NCBI GenBank assembly: GCA_000002445.1
Contig: CP000070.1
Coordinates: 352,001 to 416,000 of the forward strand
From: Trypanosoma brucei
Lineage: Eukaryota
Direction: 5' to 3'
Length of the DNA stretch: 64,000 bases
Part shown: positions 19,415 through 30,602 of the stretch, one piece after another
Layout: each line of letters starts with the position of its first letter
Numbering within the stretch: position 1 is the first letter of the stretch
Made by a program: the position numbers and the translations under genes
The notes under the pieces: generated by a model
What the model was told of the DNA's origin: nothing
The model's database searches: none
The model's input: only the letters and a program-made list of their open reading frames with translations

Positions 19415-22321
19415 ATGGACGTGGTGTTGGAGGTCCTCCGTACGTCCAACAATAATGACGAGCGCAAAAAAGCCGATGCACAGCTGCGCCAGATGCAGGA
19501 AAGTGATCCGCAAGCTTTCCTCATGCTTACGTGGGATGGCATATCCTCCACTGCGGTAGATACGACTACACGTTTCTTTCTCGCATCGACGGTGGTTCAA
19601 TTTGTTGAGCAGTCATGGCAACATAGTGTCCCTAAAGATCTACAAGTAGTCATGATAAACCGCTACCTGCATTTGCTTCTTTGTAGTGAGCCCCTACCAT
19701 CGGTGACACTCGCGCGGAAGGTCGCACTGCTCTTGGGACTCATGCTTAAGCGGTGCAATGCACGCGGTGAGCCTGGGGCGTTGCCTCCACCATTAGAGCA
19801 TGCGGGTAAAATGATTGGGGAATCGGTGGTGCATGCAGTGAACAACCTAAGCCCCACTTTAATAGGTTTGGCAACGCAATATCTTCTTGTACTCCACGTT
19901 GTGTTGAAGGAAATGGAAGGTAAACGAGTTGGTGGTGTTTTTCCGAGGTTGTGTGCTTCACTCGTACCAGTCATGTCCAGCGTCTTCGTGTCAAGTGCGA
20001 CGTGGGATTATGTGACGTGCTATATGCCACTATTGTACATGATGAAGTGTGTATTGCGTGTGTTTGGCTCTGGTGTGTTTGATGCTGGGTTCTATCCACA
20101 CCTCTTGGACATTACCTGGCGATTGGCGCACTCCGTTTCCGTCACCGGACAACCCACGGAACGTGTGGAACGAGGACAGCGACTGATGGAGTACGCAATA
20201 AAAGTACAGTTGAAGATGTTGAGTGTCTTCCCGAGCAAGATGGATGGTCTTCCTCCTGCATTTTTTATTTCCCAAGGGAACGGTGACATGGAAGATAGGT
20301 CACTACTTGCACTGTTGGTCGCCATCATCGAAAGTCCGATTGGAACGGTGGTGACGGAGAAGCTTGTTTGCCGTGCTCTACTGACCTTTAAGGCTCTCTT
20401 AACGGTGGAGGATTCACAGCCGTTCGTAGCGAATTGCGTAATTGCACTGGCCAACGCACCACAGCTCCTGAGTCGCGTAATCGATCGTATTACCTATTTT
20501 CTTGCAGATGCAACAGGTGATGCAGTTCTTCGCGCGTGGGACTTGAGTCCGGAGCATCACGCTGCTGAGTTAGAAAGGTTGATAGATGATACAGAACACG
20601 TATCGTCATGTGCGGAGGAGCTGTTGCTAGCTCTCACAGGTTCCACACACTGCTCCGAAAGCAGTTTACGCTTAACATGGGAGGTTGCAAATACCTTGCT
20701 CGACAGAGGTGGTGTGGAAGAAGTGACGGCAGCGCTCCATGTTATTGGTATTTGTTGTTACACCATGGCTGACGGGCCGTACTCTGCCAGCTTCATGAAC
20801 TTTCTGGCGGCGAAACTCCTCCCTATAATAACCGCTGCTGCAACTAGCACAGTTGGTGACCAAATTTATCCCTCCCCATTCGTGCTTCGGCGAGTGGTGT
20901 GGGTTGTTGGGATGTGGTGTGAATCCGTAAAGGGCTCTGTGGCTCGGAGTGAGGTGCACAGAGCCCTTACTTCACTACTCAGAGCCCCCACCCATGTGGT
21001 TTTGCAACTTTGTGCACTGCAGGCAATCGGGCATTTTATTTTGGATTTGAATTTCAGCATTGAGGATGTCCCAGCTGAATGCGTACAAGGCACACTGTGT
21101 GCCATTCAAAACCTTCTGCCGCAGTTAAGTGCCCCTGCCACAATCGAACAACTAGCAGGTCTTGTTCAGGGTTTGATAGCTCGAAAACTTCTTCATGTTG
21201 GTAGTGGGGAACTATTGTTGGACATGATGCTCCCTGCCGTGTACAGGGCGATAAGTGGCGCGCAACGCACCCCTGACGGGGAAGCCGATCACAGCGGCGG
21301 GAACGACGACGGGGATGAGGAAAGCGATGACGATGTGTCTTTGCAGGGTCGTTGTATAGGTTTACTTTTGGAATGTGTTCATAGTTGCGTAACTATTGCC
21401 GCACCGGAACTTGAAGAACGTGTGTGGTCACTATTCAGAGCAATTGTTCTTCCCTGCACTGAACCTGGGAGCCGCTTGGCTCTATGGGCCGATGAACAGG
21501 CATGGGAACTGCTGCTGTCCATGTGCTGCGCTGCACGGTCGTGGTTACCGGAAACGAACGATGCTCTGCTTTTCTGTTTGGATAATATGACTCGTGAGAT
21601 ATCCTCACGGCACATTGTGGTCCGTTGCGTATATTCGATTCTGTTGTTATGTCCAGAACCAGCGAAGCACATCAGTGTCGCGTTGGTGGATCACGCTATG
21701 GCAGAGCTCACACAAACTTGCAGCAGTGATGTTGCTAGCGCGTACTTTGCTCTCCTGGCGGTGATGCTGCGGCGTGGGGAGGTGACGTTGCGTTGCCACT
21801 TGCTGAGTTTAGCCCTCCACAAGTTTCTCAGCATCAAGTCTGTGCACTCCGAGTCCTTCAGTGAACAACTAGCACTCCTTCTCGCATGGGGTTTCTTGAC
21901 TTATGGTGATTGTGAAAATTGGGAAGTTATACTTCTCGACACGGTGGCAAAGGTCCTTTTACACCACCCGAATGCAAATTCTTTCGTGGAATGGATTGTA
22001 TTACTTTTTGACGTCTCCCCGGGCCCATTCGTGACAGAACAACTTGTGCGTCTGTTGCAACACTCACTCAGTGCACAACACACGGTACTCCTCCAGCTCA
22101 TCGGGGAAGATGATAGGGCTATGGCACGGAAAGTAGTTGAAGGGACTCTACTGCCTCCATCATCCATGCAGGAGCGAGGTGCGGATACGGATGAGGCTGG
22201 AGAGTTGGTGCGTGATCCGACCGAAATGTTGATGGAATTATTCGGTGACACAGCATTGATCGGTGCTTCGCCGCACGTCATTCGCTTGTGCAGATTGTTT
22301 GACGTATGCACGATTTCTTAG
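19415..22321 (+). CDS. importin-beta/karyopherin family nuclear transport receptor, 968 aa
   Basis: N-terminus 'RKKADAQLRQMQESDPQAFLMLTWDGISST...TTRFFLASTVVQFVEQSW' is the characteristic importin-beta N-terminal (IBN_N) RanGTP-binding signature (AE.QL.Q......F...L...L). The rest looks like helical HEAT/ARM-type repeats with an acidic loop (GNDDGDEESDDD). The specific karyopherin subtype is not determinable by eye. Confidence 0.65.
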   Translation: MDVVLEVLRTSNNNDERKKADAQLRQMQESDPQAFLMLTWDGISSTAVDTTTRFFLASTVVQFVEQSWQHSVPKDLQVVMINRYLHLLLCSEPLPSVTLARKVALLLGLMLKRCNARGEPGALPPPLEHAGKMIGESVVHAVNNLSPTLIGLATQYLLVLHVVLKEMEGKRVGGVFPRLCASLVPVMSSVFVSSATWDYVTCYMPLLYMMKCVLRVFGSGVFDAGFYPHLLDITWRLAHSVSVTGQPTERVERGQRLMEYAIKVQLKMLSVFPSKMDGLPPAFFISQGNGDMEDRSLLALLVAIIESPIGTVVTEKLVCRALLTFKALLTVEDSQPFVANCVIALANAPQLLSRVIDRITYFLADATGDAVLRAWDLSPEHHAAELERLIDDTEHVSSCAEELLLALTGSTHCSESSLRLTWEVANTLLDRGGVEEVTAALHVIGICCYTMADGPYSASFMNFLAAKLLPIITAAATSTVGDQIYPSPFVLRRVVWVVGMWCESVKGSVARSEVHRALTSLLRAPTHVVLQLCALQAIGHFILDLNFSIEDVPAECVQGTLCAIQNLLPQLSAPATIEQLAGLVQGLIARKLLHVGSGELLLDMMLPAVYRAISGAQRTPDGEADHSGGNDDGDEESDDDVSLQGRCIGLLLECVHSCVTIAAPELEERVWSLFRAIVLPCTEPGSRLALWADEQAWELLLSMCCAARSWLPETNDALLFCLDNMTREISSRHIVVRCVYSILLLCPEPAKHISVALVDHAMAELTQTCSSDVASAYFALLAVMLRRGEVTLRCHLLSLALHKFLSIKSVHSESFSEQLALLLAWGFLTYGDCENWEVILLDTVAKVLLHHPNANSFVEWIVLLFDVSPGPFVTEQLVRLLQHSLSAQHTVLLQLIGEDDRAMARKVVEGTLLPPSSMQERGADTDEAGELVRDPTEMLMELFGDTALIGASPHVIRLCRLFDVCTIS

Positions 22322-22565
22322 TTGTATCGAACGTGGACGCGCAAGTAAACTCTACAGCACAAAGGATGCGAAAGAAAGATACTACCCGGTAATAGCTAAC
22401 GGTCTTTAACCTCTTATATCCCTCATGCGTGTTTGCCGAGCCATTATTGTGGTGCGAGGTGCAATGTGACCTGTTGTGGGTGCGGGAAGTAACACGTACT
22501 TGCGCATGAACACGAAATAGTCAAGTTCAAATAACAAACACATTTACCGTTACTATGAAATCATA

Positions 22566-22700
22566 CTTTCCTGTTTAATCTTTCTTTGCTTTTTCTTTTT
22601 CCACGTTGTAGACACACCCACCACAGTTTCTTTTCTTTTCTTTTCGTTTTTTGCTTTTTACACTTTCTTATAGATTCTCCTGTTTCCTTTTCGAGCAGTA
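22566..22700 (+). promoter_or_regulatory. extended polypyrimidine tract with downstream AG: candidate spliced-leader trans-splicing acceptor / upstream polyadenylation guide region for the ATP synthase c gene
   Basis: About 130 nt almost exclusively C/T (tttctttgctttttctttttcc...tttcttttcttttcttttcgttttttgcttttt...) followed by AG dinucleotides, 60-200 nt upstream of the ATG at 22765. This is the established trypanosomatid RNA-processing signal architecture. Confidence 0.6.
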
Positions 22701-22764
22701 AGTGCCTTAAAAGAAAAAATTGAGTAAACAACCGCATTTATATTGGATTTAAAAACAAAAAAAA

Positions 22765-23118
22765 ATGATGCGCCGCCTTGCCATTCAGTCTTCTGTTCGC
22801 CGCACCACCGCGGCCATAACACCAATTGCGGTACCCATGAAGGTCGCCAGTCCGATGTGTAGTGCTGCTACTCGTCAGGCTTCAACAGTGGCCATATCCG
22901 TGCAGGGCCTGCACTACGTTGGGACAGGTCTTGCCGCAATTGCCCTCGCCGGTGTGGGTCTTGGCATCGGAACAATTTTCGGTAACCTGTTGGTTGCTTG
23001 TGCTCGGCAGCCCAACTTGACGAAGATGCTTTTCAACTATGCCATTCTTGGATTCGCACTCACGGAAGCTATTGGTCTATTCGCCCTCATGCTTGCGTTC
23101 TTGATGCTCTTCTCGTAA
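22765..23118 (+). CDS. mitochondrial F-type ATP synthase subunit c (Fo c-ring proteolipid), nuclear-encoded with N-terminal presequence
   Basis: C-terminal 75 aa '[64 protein letters not shown]' is collinear with Atp9/subunit c: GxGxGxG helix 1, polar R-Q-P loop, helix 2 with the essential Glu (ALTEAIGLF). The N-terminal ~40 aa are Arg/Ser/Thr-rich ([23 protein letters not shown]), a mitochondrial targeting peptide. Confidence 0.9.
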   Translation: MMRRLAIQSSVRRTTAAITPIAVPMKVASPMCSAATRQASTVAISVQGLHYVGTGLAAIALAGVGLGIGTIFGNLLVACARQPNLTKMLFNYAILGFALTEAIGLFALMLAFLMLFS

Positions 23119-24108
23119 AAGAGTTATACAGCCTCTCTGATTTTTGAGGAATGTAGAGAAGGGTGGATGATTAATACCTGTAAGGTTAAGGTTAGGGTGT
23201 GGGCTCTGATGTTTGTGCTTCTTATTCGCACCTCCAAAGACGCGATTTTCTTGTTTTTGTTTGTTTATGTGCGTGTGTGTGGTTGTGTGGATCCTACCAA
23301 ATGCTTTAAGTGTGGGGATGGGGCCCCACGCCCACAGACACACATGCTCGACGTAAGGAGGCCGTGGGGCGGACGCTCATAAACATCTTTTTAATATTAT
23401 TAGGGGAGTATTAGTACCATTTGAGATGGCGGCATACGCTGTGAGGAGGTCTTGGTAGCGGCTGTGCACGGGTGTTTTCACCCTGTTGGGGTAAGGGAGG
23501 TGTGTGTTTGTATCTTGACTCATTTCTGGTAGTATTGGAAGAAGGAGATAACCGAACGCATTTTTGTTTCTCTTTTTCCTCTCATCCTCATTTGTGGTGA
23601 CATCAACGGAAGAAGAGAAACATTTTTGTAATCGCCACAGAAGCGGCTGTTTTTGTGAGTTGCATGAATTATTACTTGTCGCCGTATATGCATGCGCAGC
23701 CGTATGTTTTTGAGTGCTTACCCCCTTTTTTACGTTCGATACAATCCTCTTCTTCCCTTCACTATTCAACATATATATATTTTAAAATTTCCTTCTTTCC
23801 TTCTTACGTAACTTACAAAGCCTCTTCAGCGAGGGTACACCTTTGTGCTCTCATTCTTACTGTTGTGCGACACTCGTCAGAATTGTTATCAAGAGGGAAG
23901 AATACAGACGAGGGAAGGAACACCATTCCCTCTTTCGCGGCAAGTTTCGGTCGGAGTGATTACTCCGCAAGTTGTGGAAGTGAGCGTCCCCATTCTGGGA
24001 CTTGCAGTGGTGCCACATTGTTCTTTCTCGTTCTGGAAAGTTATCCAGGAAGAAATACAACCATAGTAATAACAGTTCATCATAGTATCACACAACGACG
24101 CCGTTACC

Positions 24109-25317
24109 ATGGTTGTAAATGAGGCTCCGTGGTTGACGCGTTGGATAGAGGCATTGTTAGTCGTTGCTGTCTTTTTAATTTGCTGCACTGCCGACATGCT
24201 CAAGTGTAATAATGGATTCACCTACAAATGCTCGGATAATGGTTATAGAACATGCAGGCGCGAACCCCAAAGTTCGTTCTGCGACGATTTGGTGCTCCCT
24301 ACAACAGTTATGAGAGAACTGAGGCGCTGTAGTTGTGAGGACCGTAAGTTCGCTGAATTACTGCTTCACGTCGTCGAAGTTGGTGCTCCCATTGCTGCTG
24401 GTGGGTCTGGAGGGGAAAATATCGAGCGCATTCCACTAGCCCCGCTTTTGTCAAATGCTCTGAGGGGTTCCATTGGCGATAAGATCGTGGGCAACAGAAG
24501 TAGTGGTATTTTTAGGGTGCCTGTGCTTGAGGCTCTTCGAAAGGAAATTGGACTGACTGTTGACAATTCCACTCCGTGCTTGAATAGTGAGAGCACCTTC
24601 AAGGTTTTTCACAGCCATGATAGCGTGCTGGTTCCTGGCTCTGTGAACTTGCTGGAGGAAGTTAAGGCTGCCATACCCTTTGATGACGGCGGTAAAAGTA
24701 TGCCAGGAATACGGAGCGCACTGGAGGAACTCCTCAAGCGACGTCAGCAGCCCAACGAACCTGGGGCGAGTTCTTGTATGTTCGCCCACCTTATCTTCAT
24801 TGTCGTCGGTACTCCTGGAAGAGGTGGAGTGTGGAGTAATAATGAAAGTGACACGCGACATGCTGCGCTACAGCTGATGGAAGTGCAAGCGCACATCCGA
24901 CGGACCATTAGCCGATTTTTGCGTGGGAAGAGGAGATACACTGGCATGTTGGGGACTGTGTGGTATGTGGGTGTTCCAGTTGGGTTTCCAGTTCATAACA
25001 ACAGTGCCACTGATGGAAGAGCTGCAGAAAATGGGCGGACAAGGTCATGTGACGTTGGTGATGGACTGCCACGCTGCACCATGAACTGCACGGCTCATAC
25101 GCGGCGGTTAACTTTGTATAAAAGTGTGAATGGAGAGTTAGAAAGAATGGTGGGCTCCCATGGAAGGCGCCTTAGTGCCCGGACGATTATTCTTCCGTAC
25201 AATGATTACTTCAGCACTATAGGTAATTTACCAGGGGAATCTCAATGGGTGGACTGCTTTACGCTGTCCAGTGGTGGTGTGGCGGAGATGGCTCGGCTTC
25301 TTGTGGAGGGACTGTGA
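24109..25317 (+). CDS. hypothetical protein of 402 aa with N-terminal signal-anchor/TM
   Basis: ORF in the common orientation. N-terminal hydrophobic segment WIEALLVVAVFLICCTA followed by a Cys-rich stretch. No recognisable domain. Confidence 0.45.
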   Translation: MVVNEAPWLTRWIEALLVVAVFLICCTADMLKCNNGFTYKCSDNGYRTCRREPQSSFCDDLVLPTTVMRELRRCSCEDRKFAELLLHVVEVGAPIAAGGSGGENIERIPLAPLLSNALRGSIGDKIVGNRSSGIFRVPVLEALRKEIGLTVDNSTPCLNSESTFKVFHSHDSVLVPGSVNLLEEVKAAIPFDDGGKSMPGIRSALEELLKRRQQPNEPGASSCMFAHLIFIVVGTPGRGGVWSNNESDTRHAALQLMEVQAHIRRTISRFLRGKRRYTGMLGTVWYVGVPVGFPVHNNSATDGRAAENGRTRSCDVGDGLPRCTMNCTAHTRRLTLYKSVNGELERMVGSHGRRLSARTIILPYNDYFSTIGNLPGESQWVDCFTLSSGGVAEMARLLVEGL

Positions 25318-25927
25318 TCGCGTAAGCGTAACTTTCGGTATGTTGCGCTCGATTCGTTCATACACCAAATGGTTGTGTGTGCAAGGTGTGTGTGTGGGGA
25401 AGGTTGCATTTTATCAGCACGCGGCTGCAGCGGAGGAGCTATTGAGGAGAATCAGTGGTGCTCTGCCTCTTTGTTGTCTATTGTATTCCCTCCCCCTTCT
25501 TTCGTTGATGACCGCATTTTATCTCTCACTCCTTTTATGAAGTTACAATGAATGGAGGTCAATCCCTTTTCTTCGTGATTATTACTATTTTTTTTCTTTT
25601 TGTATCGTGTAAATTTCCCTCTGGCTGGTCCCTGATTGTTAGCGTCGAAGTGGGTCACCGGTTTTTTCTTGCGGGGATTCTCACTGCACGGTCACGGACG
25701 TGCAACTCCGGTGCTCGTGGTTTTGCGAGAGCACTTTACCTGACGCACGTTGACCTAACCGTATCCAACGCTCAGTTTCATGTCCTTCTTCCGCTTCTTG
25801 TGTTTTGATGGTGGTTTCTATTTCGTCTTCAACTATCTTGTGACCTCCCTTTTGTGATTTTATTGGCAGGCGTCCTTCCCATCCACCTTTTCTTTGTTGT
25901 TGTCACGGCGTTATATGAAGTGCTGGT

Positions 25928-26671
25928 TTGATGAGACCGTGTGCGCCTGGCGTGGCGTTGCAGTTAGTGGTGGCAGATCCGTGGCAGCGCTGCGCAAGGC
26001 GTAGGACGAGTACCAGTGCCAGCACTAACACTTGTAAATCATTTACGAGCAGGATACCGTTCAAGCTGCGGTCCGATCAAGTGAATGAGTCTAATATTCC
26101 CTCAGCTCGGGAGGTTTCAGAAATGATTGCAACACACGAGGAGTTGCAAGAACAGTTACCTTCCGCAAAGTTTTTGGAGTCACGGTACATCAAGCGACCG
26201 TTGCACACCGAGAGTTGCGGAAGTTGCCCTGCCACTGTGTGCGGGCCGCCTCTGTGGCCGGATTGCGATACACCGGAGGAAATTATGGATGAGGAACGTT
26301 ACGGCGGCCCTGAGGCAATGGACCGAGTGCCGGCTCCATCAGCCGAGCACATGTTGCTTGCCTGGCGTGCGCTGATGTGGGGGACACTATATGCCTTTGT
26401 TGGTGTTACTCTCGTTGTAGCGGTGGCGATATACGTCAGCGGTGTGAACGGCATTTCGAGTGTTCTCCAGCATCTGCGTAGTCGCTCAGAGCGGGAGTTA
26501 CATCGACTGTCAGCTGAAGGTCAGGAGGTACATCATTTTGTGCTTGACTTGACAAACCCGGTGGCGTTCGGCCGGCAGCTACAGGAGGCGTGGCAATTGG
26601 TGCAAGACATTGCGAATAAGCAGGAGGAGGGTGAAGAGAGTATAGCGAAGGAGATCAAAGAGGAGCTGTAA
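25928..26671 (+). CDS. hypothetical protein of up to 247 aa with one TM helix and an acidic coiled C-terminus
   Basis: TM 'ALMWGTLYAFVGVTLVVAVAIYVSGV'. The true start may be an internal Met (MIATHEE or MDEERYG). Confidence 0.4.
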   Translation: MMRPCAPGVALQLVVADPWQRCARRRTSTSASTNTCKSFTSRIPFKLRSDQVNESNIPSAREVSEMIATHEELQEQLPSAKFLESRYIKRPLHTESCGSCPATVCGPPLWPDCDTPEEIMDEERYGGPEAMDRVPAPSAEHMLLAWRALMWGTLYAFVGVTLVVAVAIYVSGVNGISSVLQHLRSRSERELHRLSAEGQEVHHFVLDLTNPVAFGRQLQEAWQLVQDIANKQEEGEESIAKEIKEEL

Positions 26672-27077
26672 AGGCGAAGGTAGTTGCGGAGGGGAGGGAA
26701 ACATTGCGCAACCTCCTCATTTCTTCGGGCAATGCGGCAGCATTGCGAGAGTTTGTGACAGGTGAAATTGCGCCTTACATTCATCTGGGCGCGTGACTGG
26801 ACGTGACACAGATAATTCCAAGGGGCAAACATTCGGAGGAACACGTTGTGTGGGTGACGGGTGAAACGAGGCACTGGTTCTCATTTAATTTTTTTCGTTT
26901 TGTGTTGGAGAATTTGCTCACTTTCGTACCTCTCGTTTCCTATCATTGCTCTTGGTTTATCCGTTCTTGGGAAAGGTGGCACTTGTTTATCACACTTTTT
27001 TTTTCTTAAAGAGCGGGTTACGGGTTTCCACGAAAAGAAAGGAAGGGACGGTTTGAGAGCGGGCGCACAGACGACTG

Positions 27078-27947
27078 ATGGCCACCTCCCTTTCGGATGT
27101 GAATCACATAATTCTTGTGTTGAGTGGCAAAGGCGGCGTCGGGAAATCTACGGTGGCGTGTCAACTCGCCCTTGCTCTGGCTAATGTACATGGGAAGAAG
27201 GTTGGACTGCTGGATGTTGACATTTGTGGTCCTAGTGTTCCAACGATATGTGGTGTTACTGGAAAGGATGTGTATCGCGGGGACGCGGGATGGGAGCCCG
27301 TTTCGCTGTTCCACGAACAGCACGAGGCAGACACTGCGGCGTCTGCGACGGGTAACGTCAAAATAATGTCCATAGCATTTTTGCTACCGAGCGAGAATGA
27401 CGCCGTTGTTTGGCGCGGTCCGAAGAAGGATGCGATGATCCGTCAATTCGTCACTGACGTGCACTGGGGCGCACTCGATTACCTCATTATTGACACCCCA
27501 CCAGGGACTAGCGATGAACATCTCACGTTGTGCGAGGTGTTGAAACCCTTCAATACGGCAGGAGCTGTGATCGTCACAACACCTCAGGATGTGGCAACTG
27601 ACGATGTGAAGAAGGAGCTTTCTCTTTGTCACAAGTTGGAGCTGAGATGCCTTGGGGTTGTGGAAAACATGTCAGGGTTCGTGTGCCCCCATTGCGCCCA
27701 TTGTACCGACATTTTTTCCAAAGGCGGTGGGAAGAAACTTGCAGAGATGTATGAAGTGGAATTCCTTGGCGCAATACCAATCGATCCAACACTTTCCCTA
27801 GCGGAAGACAAGGGCCAGTGCTTTGTAACGACCGCGACAGATGCTAACTCCCCCACGGTGCGCAAAACTGTCGCCGCGGTGACTGGTGTTATCGATGCCA
27901 TACTGAAGCAGGTGGAGAAATCAGCGCAACTGCAACAACGTCATTAA
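27078..27947 (+). CDS. Mrp/NBP35-family P-loop ATPase, Cfd1/NUBP2-type cytosolic Fe-S cluster assembly factor
   Basis: Deviant Walker A 'LSGKGGVGKSTVACQLALALA' right at the N-terminus, 'LLDVDICGPSVP', 'IIDTPPGTSDEHL', and the family-defining C-terminal 'CPHCAHC' (CPxC) bridging-cluster motif. It lacks the N-terminal 4-Cys ferredoxin-like segment, so it is Cfd1-like rather than Nbp35-like. Confidence 0.85.
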   Translation: MATSLSDVNHIILVLSGKGGVGKSTVACQLALALANVHGKKVGLLDVDICGPSVPTICGVTGKDVYRGDAGWEPVSLFHEQHEADTAASATGNVKIMSIAFLLPSENDAVVWRGPKKDAMIRQFVTDVHWGALDYLIIDTPPGTSDEHLTLCEVLKPFNTAGAVIVTTPQDVATDDVKKELSLCHKLELRCLGVVENMSGFVCPHCAHCTDIFSKGGGKKLAEMYEVEFLGAIPIDPTLSLAEDKGQCFVTTATDANSPTVRKTVAAVTGVIDAILKQVEKSAQLQQRH

Positions 27948-28484
27948 GGGTTGTGGTGGTGGGGAGAGTGCAGAAGGCTGCTGTGAATGAAGGGATATCG
28001 GATATGAGTATTAAGAGAGGTTTGTAAAGCGGAGTCTGCTGCAAGGATGGGCGTTGTGTTGTTTCCTTATTTTTACCCAGCAAGCGCATCGTTAACTTTC
28101 TTTCTTCACTCAACCACACGTGTGTGCATACGGTCAAAGTGGTAGCCTGGATTTGTACCCTATTGTGGCTTTCCCTCCTTGGATTGAATAACTCGGCTGG
28201 GTCATGATAAGGCGTTTGCTTCCTATGGGAGGTGGGGGTTAGTTACCCTTCTCGAAGAACGTATGCATCATTACCACTACTTTATCGAGTTTTAGGCGTG
28301 GGGACTGTCACGTTGTTGCTTCCTGCTGCTGCTTCGCCTCGCTAGTTTACGTCCGTGCTCTCAATTATATCTTTAATTTTCATCGGCACTTTGCCTTCGG
28401 GTTAAACACTCTTTTGATGGACTCTGTGCCTCCTCAATTTGCGGTGGAGATAAGTACTGTATATACGGAAGAATCTGTAGTGCA

Positions 28485-30350
28485 GTGGTGGAAATGTCTA
28501 AGCGTAAGAATTTTAACACGCGGAGGGCGTGTTTGCGCAAAGCCCCTAGGGACCATACACATATTGGACTTTGTGTGATGTACTGCGGCACGGCGTTCCG
28601 AGGACTGCAGTTGCAGGCGCACGCACCGACTCACCATACGGTTGAGGGTGTTTTGATTCAAGCGTTGAAAGATGCCGGTATCGTCGATGGCGTACAGCGG
28701 GGTCGTGTGAGCGGGGAAGAGCATCATTTTGCTCGTTCGTGCCGTACGGATCGCGGTGTGCATGCCGTGAGGAATCTCGTTTGCTTGTTTGTGCCGAACA
28801 GCAAACTTGAAGCTGCCGGTGGTTGTGACAGACTCCCACAGCTTCTAAACGCACATCTCCCCTCAACTGTGCGTGTGGAACGCGTGACAACCGTTATGGG
28901 TGATTTCATCCCCCGTTTCTGTTGCGTTAGCCGTATATACCGTTATATGATCCCGGTGTATGCCCTTTTGTCACCCTGTAGTTCATGGAATGAATTTTAC
29001 GCAGAGTTCCCACAGGCTGTCGAGACGCTGCGGTGCCGCGCTCAAGGGGGCTCTTTCATCGACCTCTGCCCAAATGAAGAGGATAAACTACTTGCTGCAT
29101 TGAGAGACGTTGTGTCTCGGGGGAATGGGTTGCTCGCTCATCATGTGGTGGGGACCCACCGTTTTCACAACTTTTCGGCATCCCCAGGGGAGCGATATGG
29201 TCACGGATGGAACAGGAAGGTGGTTATGCCCAATGACAATACCTCAGTGCGTACCGTTATGCGATGCGAAATAGCACCGCGCCTGTTTCTGTTCCCGCAG
29301 GAAACCATCGGACCGACCCGGTCAGAATATGCAAAATCGCTGAAGATATTCGAAGGTGATACCGCTGCGGAAGGGGAAAGGGTGGTAGCAGTGTCTGAGA
29401 GGACCTTCCCCGAGACGGCGCTTCTGCCGTACCTTCTGTTTCAGATTGAGGGCAGGTCATTCCTGTTCAACATGATACGAAAGATTGTTGGTCTCATCAT
29501 CGCTGTACTGCGTGGTGCGAGGGAGTCGCTCATGCAAGAAACCCTGTCTGCTGAGCGGCACGCGTTGTGTCCGCTGGCACCCGGCTCGTTTTTGTACCTT
29601 TTTCACTCTTTCTACACTTCGTATGACAACAGAGTCCGCCGCAGTGGGAGTACGCGGTTCTGTCCGCTGGAAGATGAGTGGACTGGAGAAGTCGGAGAAG
29701 CTGCTTCCGCTTTTGCGGTAACGAGCATTGCGGCAGATGTTATTGACCTCGACATGAACCGTGTTCCTGCCCTCGGTACGCTTCTTAGTGCGATAGACGC
29801 ACAACGACGTGTGACTCGCCCCTGTTGGGAGGAAGAAGATGCTCACCTTACCTCAATGAAAGAATTTCACCCAGCTGTTGTAGAGCCCCATCCTTCATGC
29901 TCAGAAATGACCACCTTTCTGCGGTCGTTACGCGTGCATAACTGGGGGTTGTCGCAAGTAAAACAACCTGTCCAGTGCGGGAAAAACAAACCCCTCGACA
30001 CGGATAATGGAAAGGAAAGCATCACTGGCTGCGAAGGGGTGAAACAACAGCGCGCTTCTGGTGATGGTTGTGTGGTAGATGAAGGGCAAGTACGGAAGAG
30101 AGCGCGCAAGGAGGAGTGCATGTGTGAAGGTTGTGATGGCACACCCTTCAGCCGGGAAACCCACACGTTAGGGGAGGAGGAGGTTGATGACGGTTGGCTC
30201 TACGTGGCGTCAACGCTGGAGGAGGAGCAACGTCTGCGGCATGAGCATCACAAACGGGTGCGCCGCTCACGAGCGTGGGATGGTACCGCGCACGGCGGTG
30301 GTGTGGAAGTTGCTTTTCATAGTGATGGTGATGGCGGCGGAAGCGAGTGA
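28485..30350 (+). CDS. TruA-family tRNA pseudouridine synthase (Pus1/Pus3-like) with long C-terminal extension, 621 aa
   Basis: 'GLCVMYCGTAFRGLQLQ' followed by the catalytic-Asp block 'ARSCRTDRGVHAVRNLV' (TruA consensus RTDKGVHA). The C-terminal ~250 aa carry a Cys cluster (CMCEGCDG) and an acidic/Gly tail, extra to the core fold. Confidence 0.8.
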   Translation: MVEMSKRKNFNTRRACLRKAPRDHTHIGLCVMYCGTAFRGLQLQAHAPTHHTVEGVLIQALKDAGIVDGVQRGRVSGEEHHFARSCRTDRGVHAVRNLVCLFVPNSKLEAAGGCDRLPQLLNAHLPSTVRVERVTTVMGDFIPRFCCVSRIYRYMIPVYALLSPCSSWNEFYAEFPQAVETLRCRAQGGSFIDLCPNEEDKLLAALRDVVSRGNGLLAHHVVGTHRFHNFSASPGERYGHGWNRKVVMPNDNTSVRTVMRCEIAPRLFLFPQETIGPTRSEYAKSLKIFEGDTAAEGERVVAVSERTFPETALLPYLLFQIEGRSFLFNMIRKIVGLIIAVLRGARESLMQETLSAERHALCPLAPGSFLYLFHSFYTSYDNRVRRSGSTRFCPLEDEWTGEVGEAASAFAVTSIAADVIDLDMNRVPALGTLLSAIDAQRRVTRPCWEEEDAHLTSMKEFHPAVVEPHPSCSEMTTFLRSLRVHNWGLSQVKQPVQCGKNKPLDTDNGKESITGCEGVKQQRASGDGCVVDEGQVRKRARKEECMCEGCDGTPFSRETHTLGEEEVDDGWLYVASTLEEEQRLRHEHHKRVRRSRAWDGTAHGGGVEVAFHSDGDGGGSE

Positions 30351-30602
30351 CGTCGGATGCACCTCGTGTGCGGTGTTCGTCCTTCGGAGTTTCGTATGAT
30401 AGCGGGTAACTAACATCTTTCAGTTAACGGTGTCGTTTGGTAGTGGGGGCGCATGTGCCTTTCACGGTAAGTTAATTCTAGTTCCGTTCATATGCACTAG
30501 TGCATTTGATTTGTCAAAAGTGTAGGTTGCCCTTGCAGATATTCTCTGATTTCCAATATTGTCTGAATCCTTCCTCTGATTGCTAGGGTTACCTTAGCAA
30601 TT

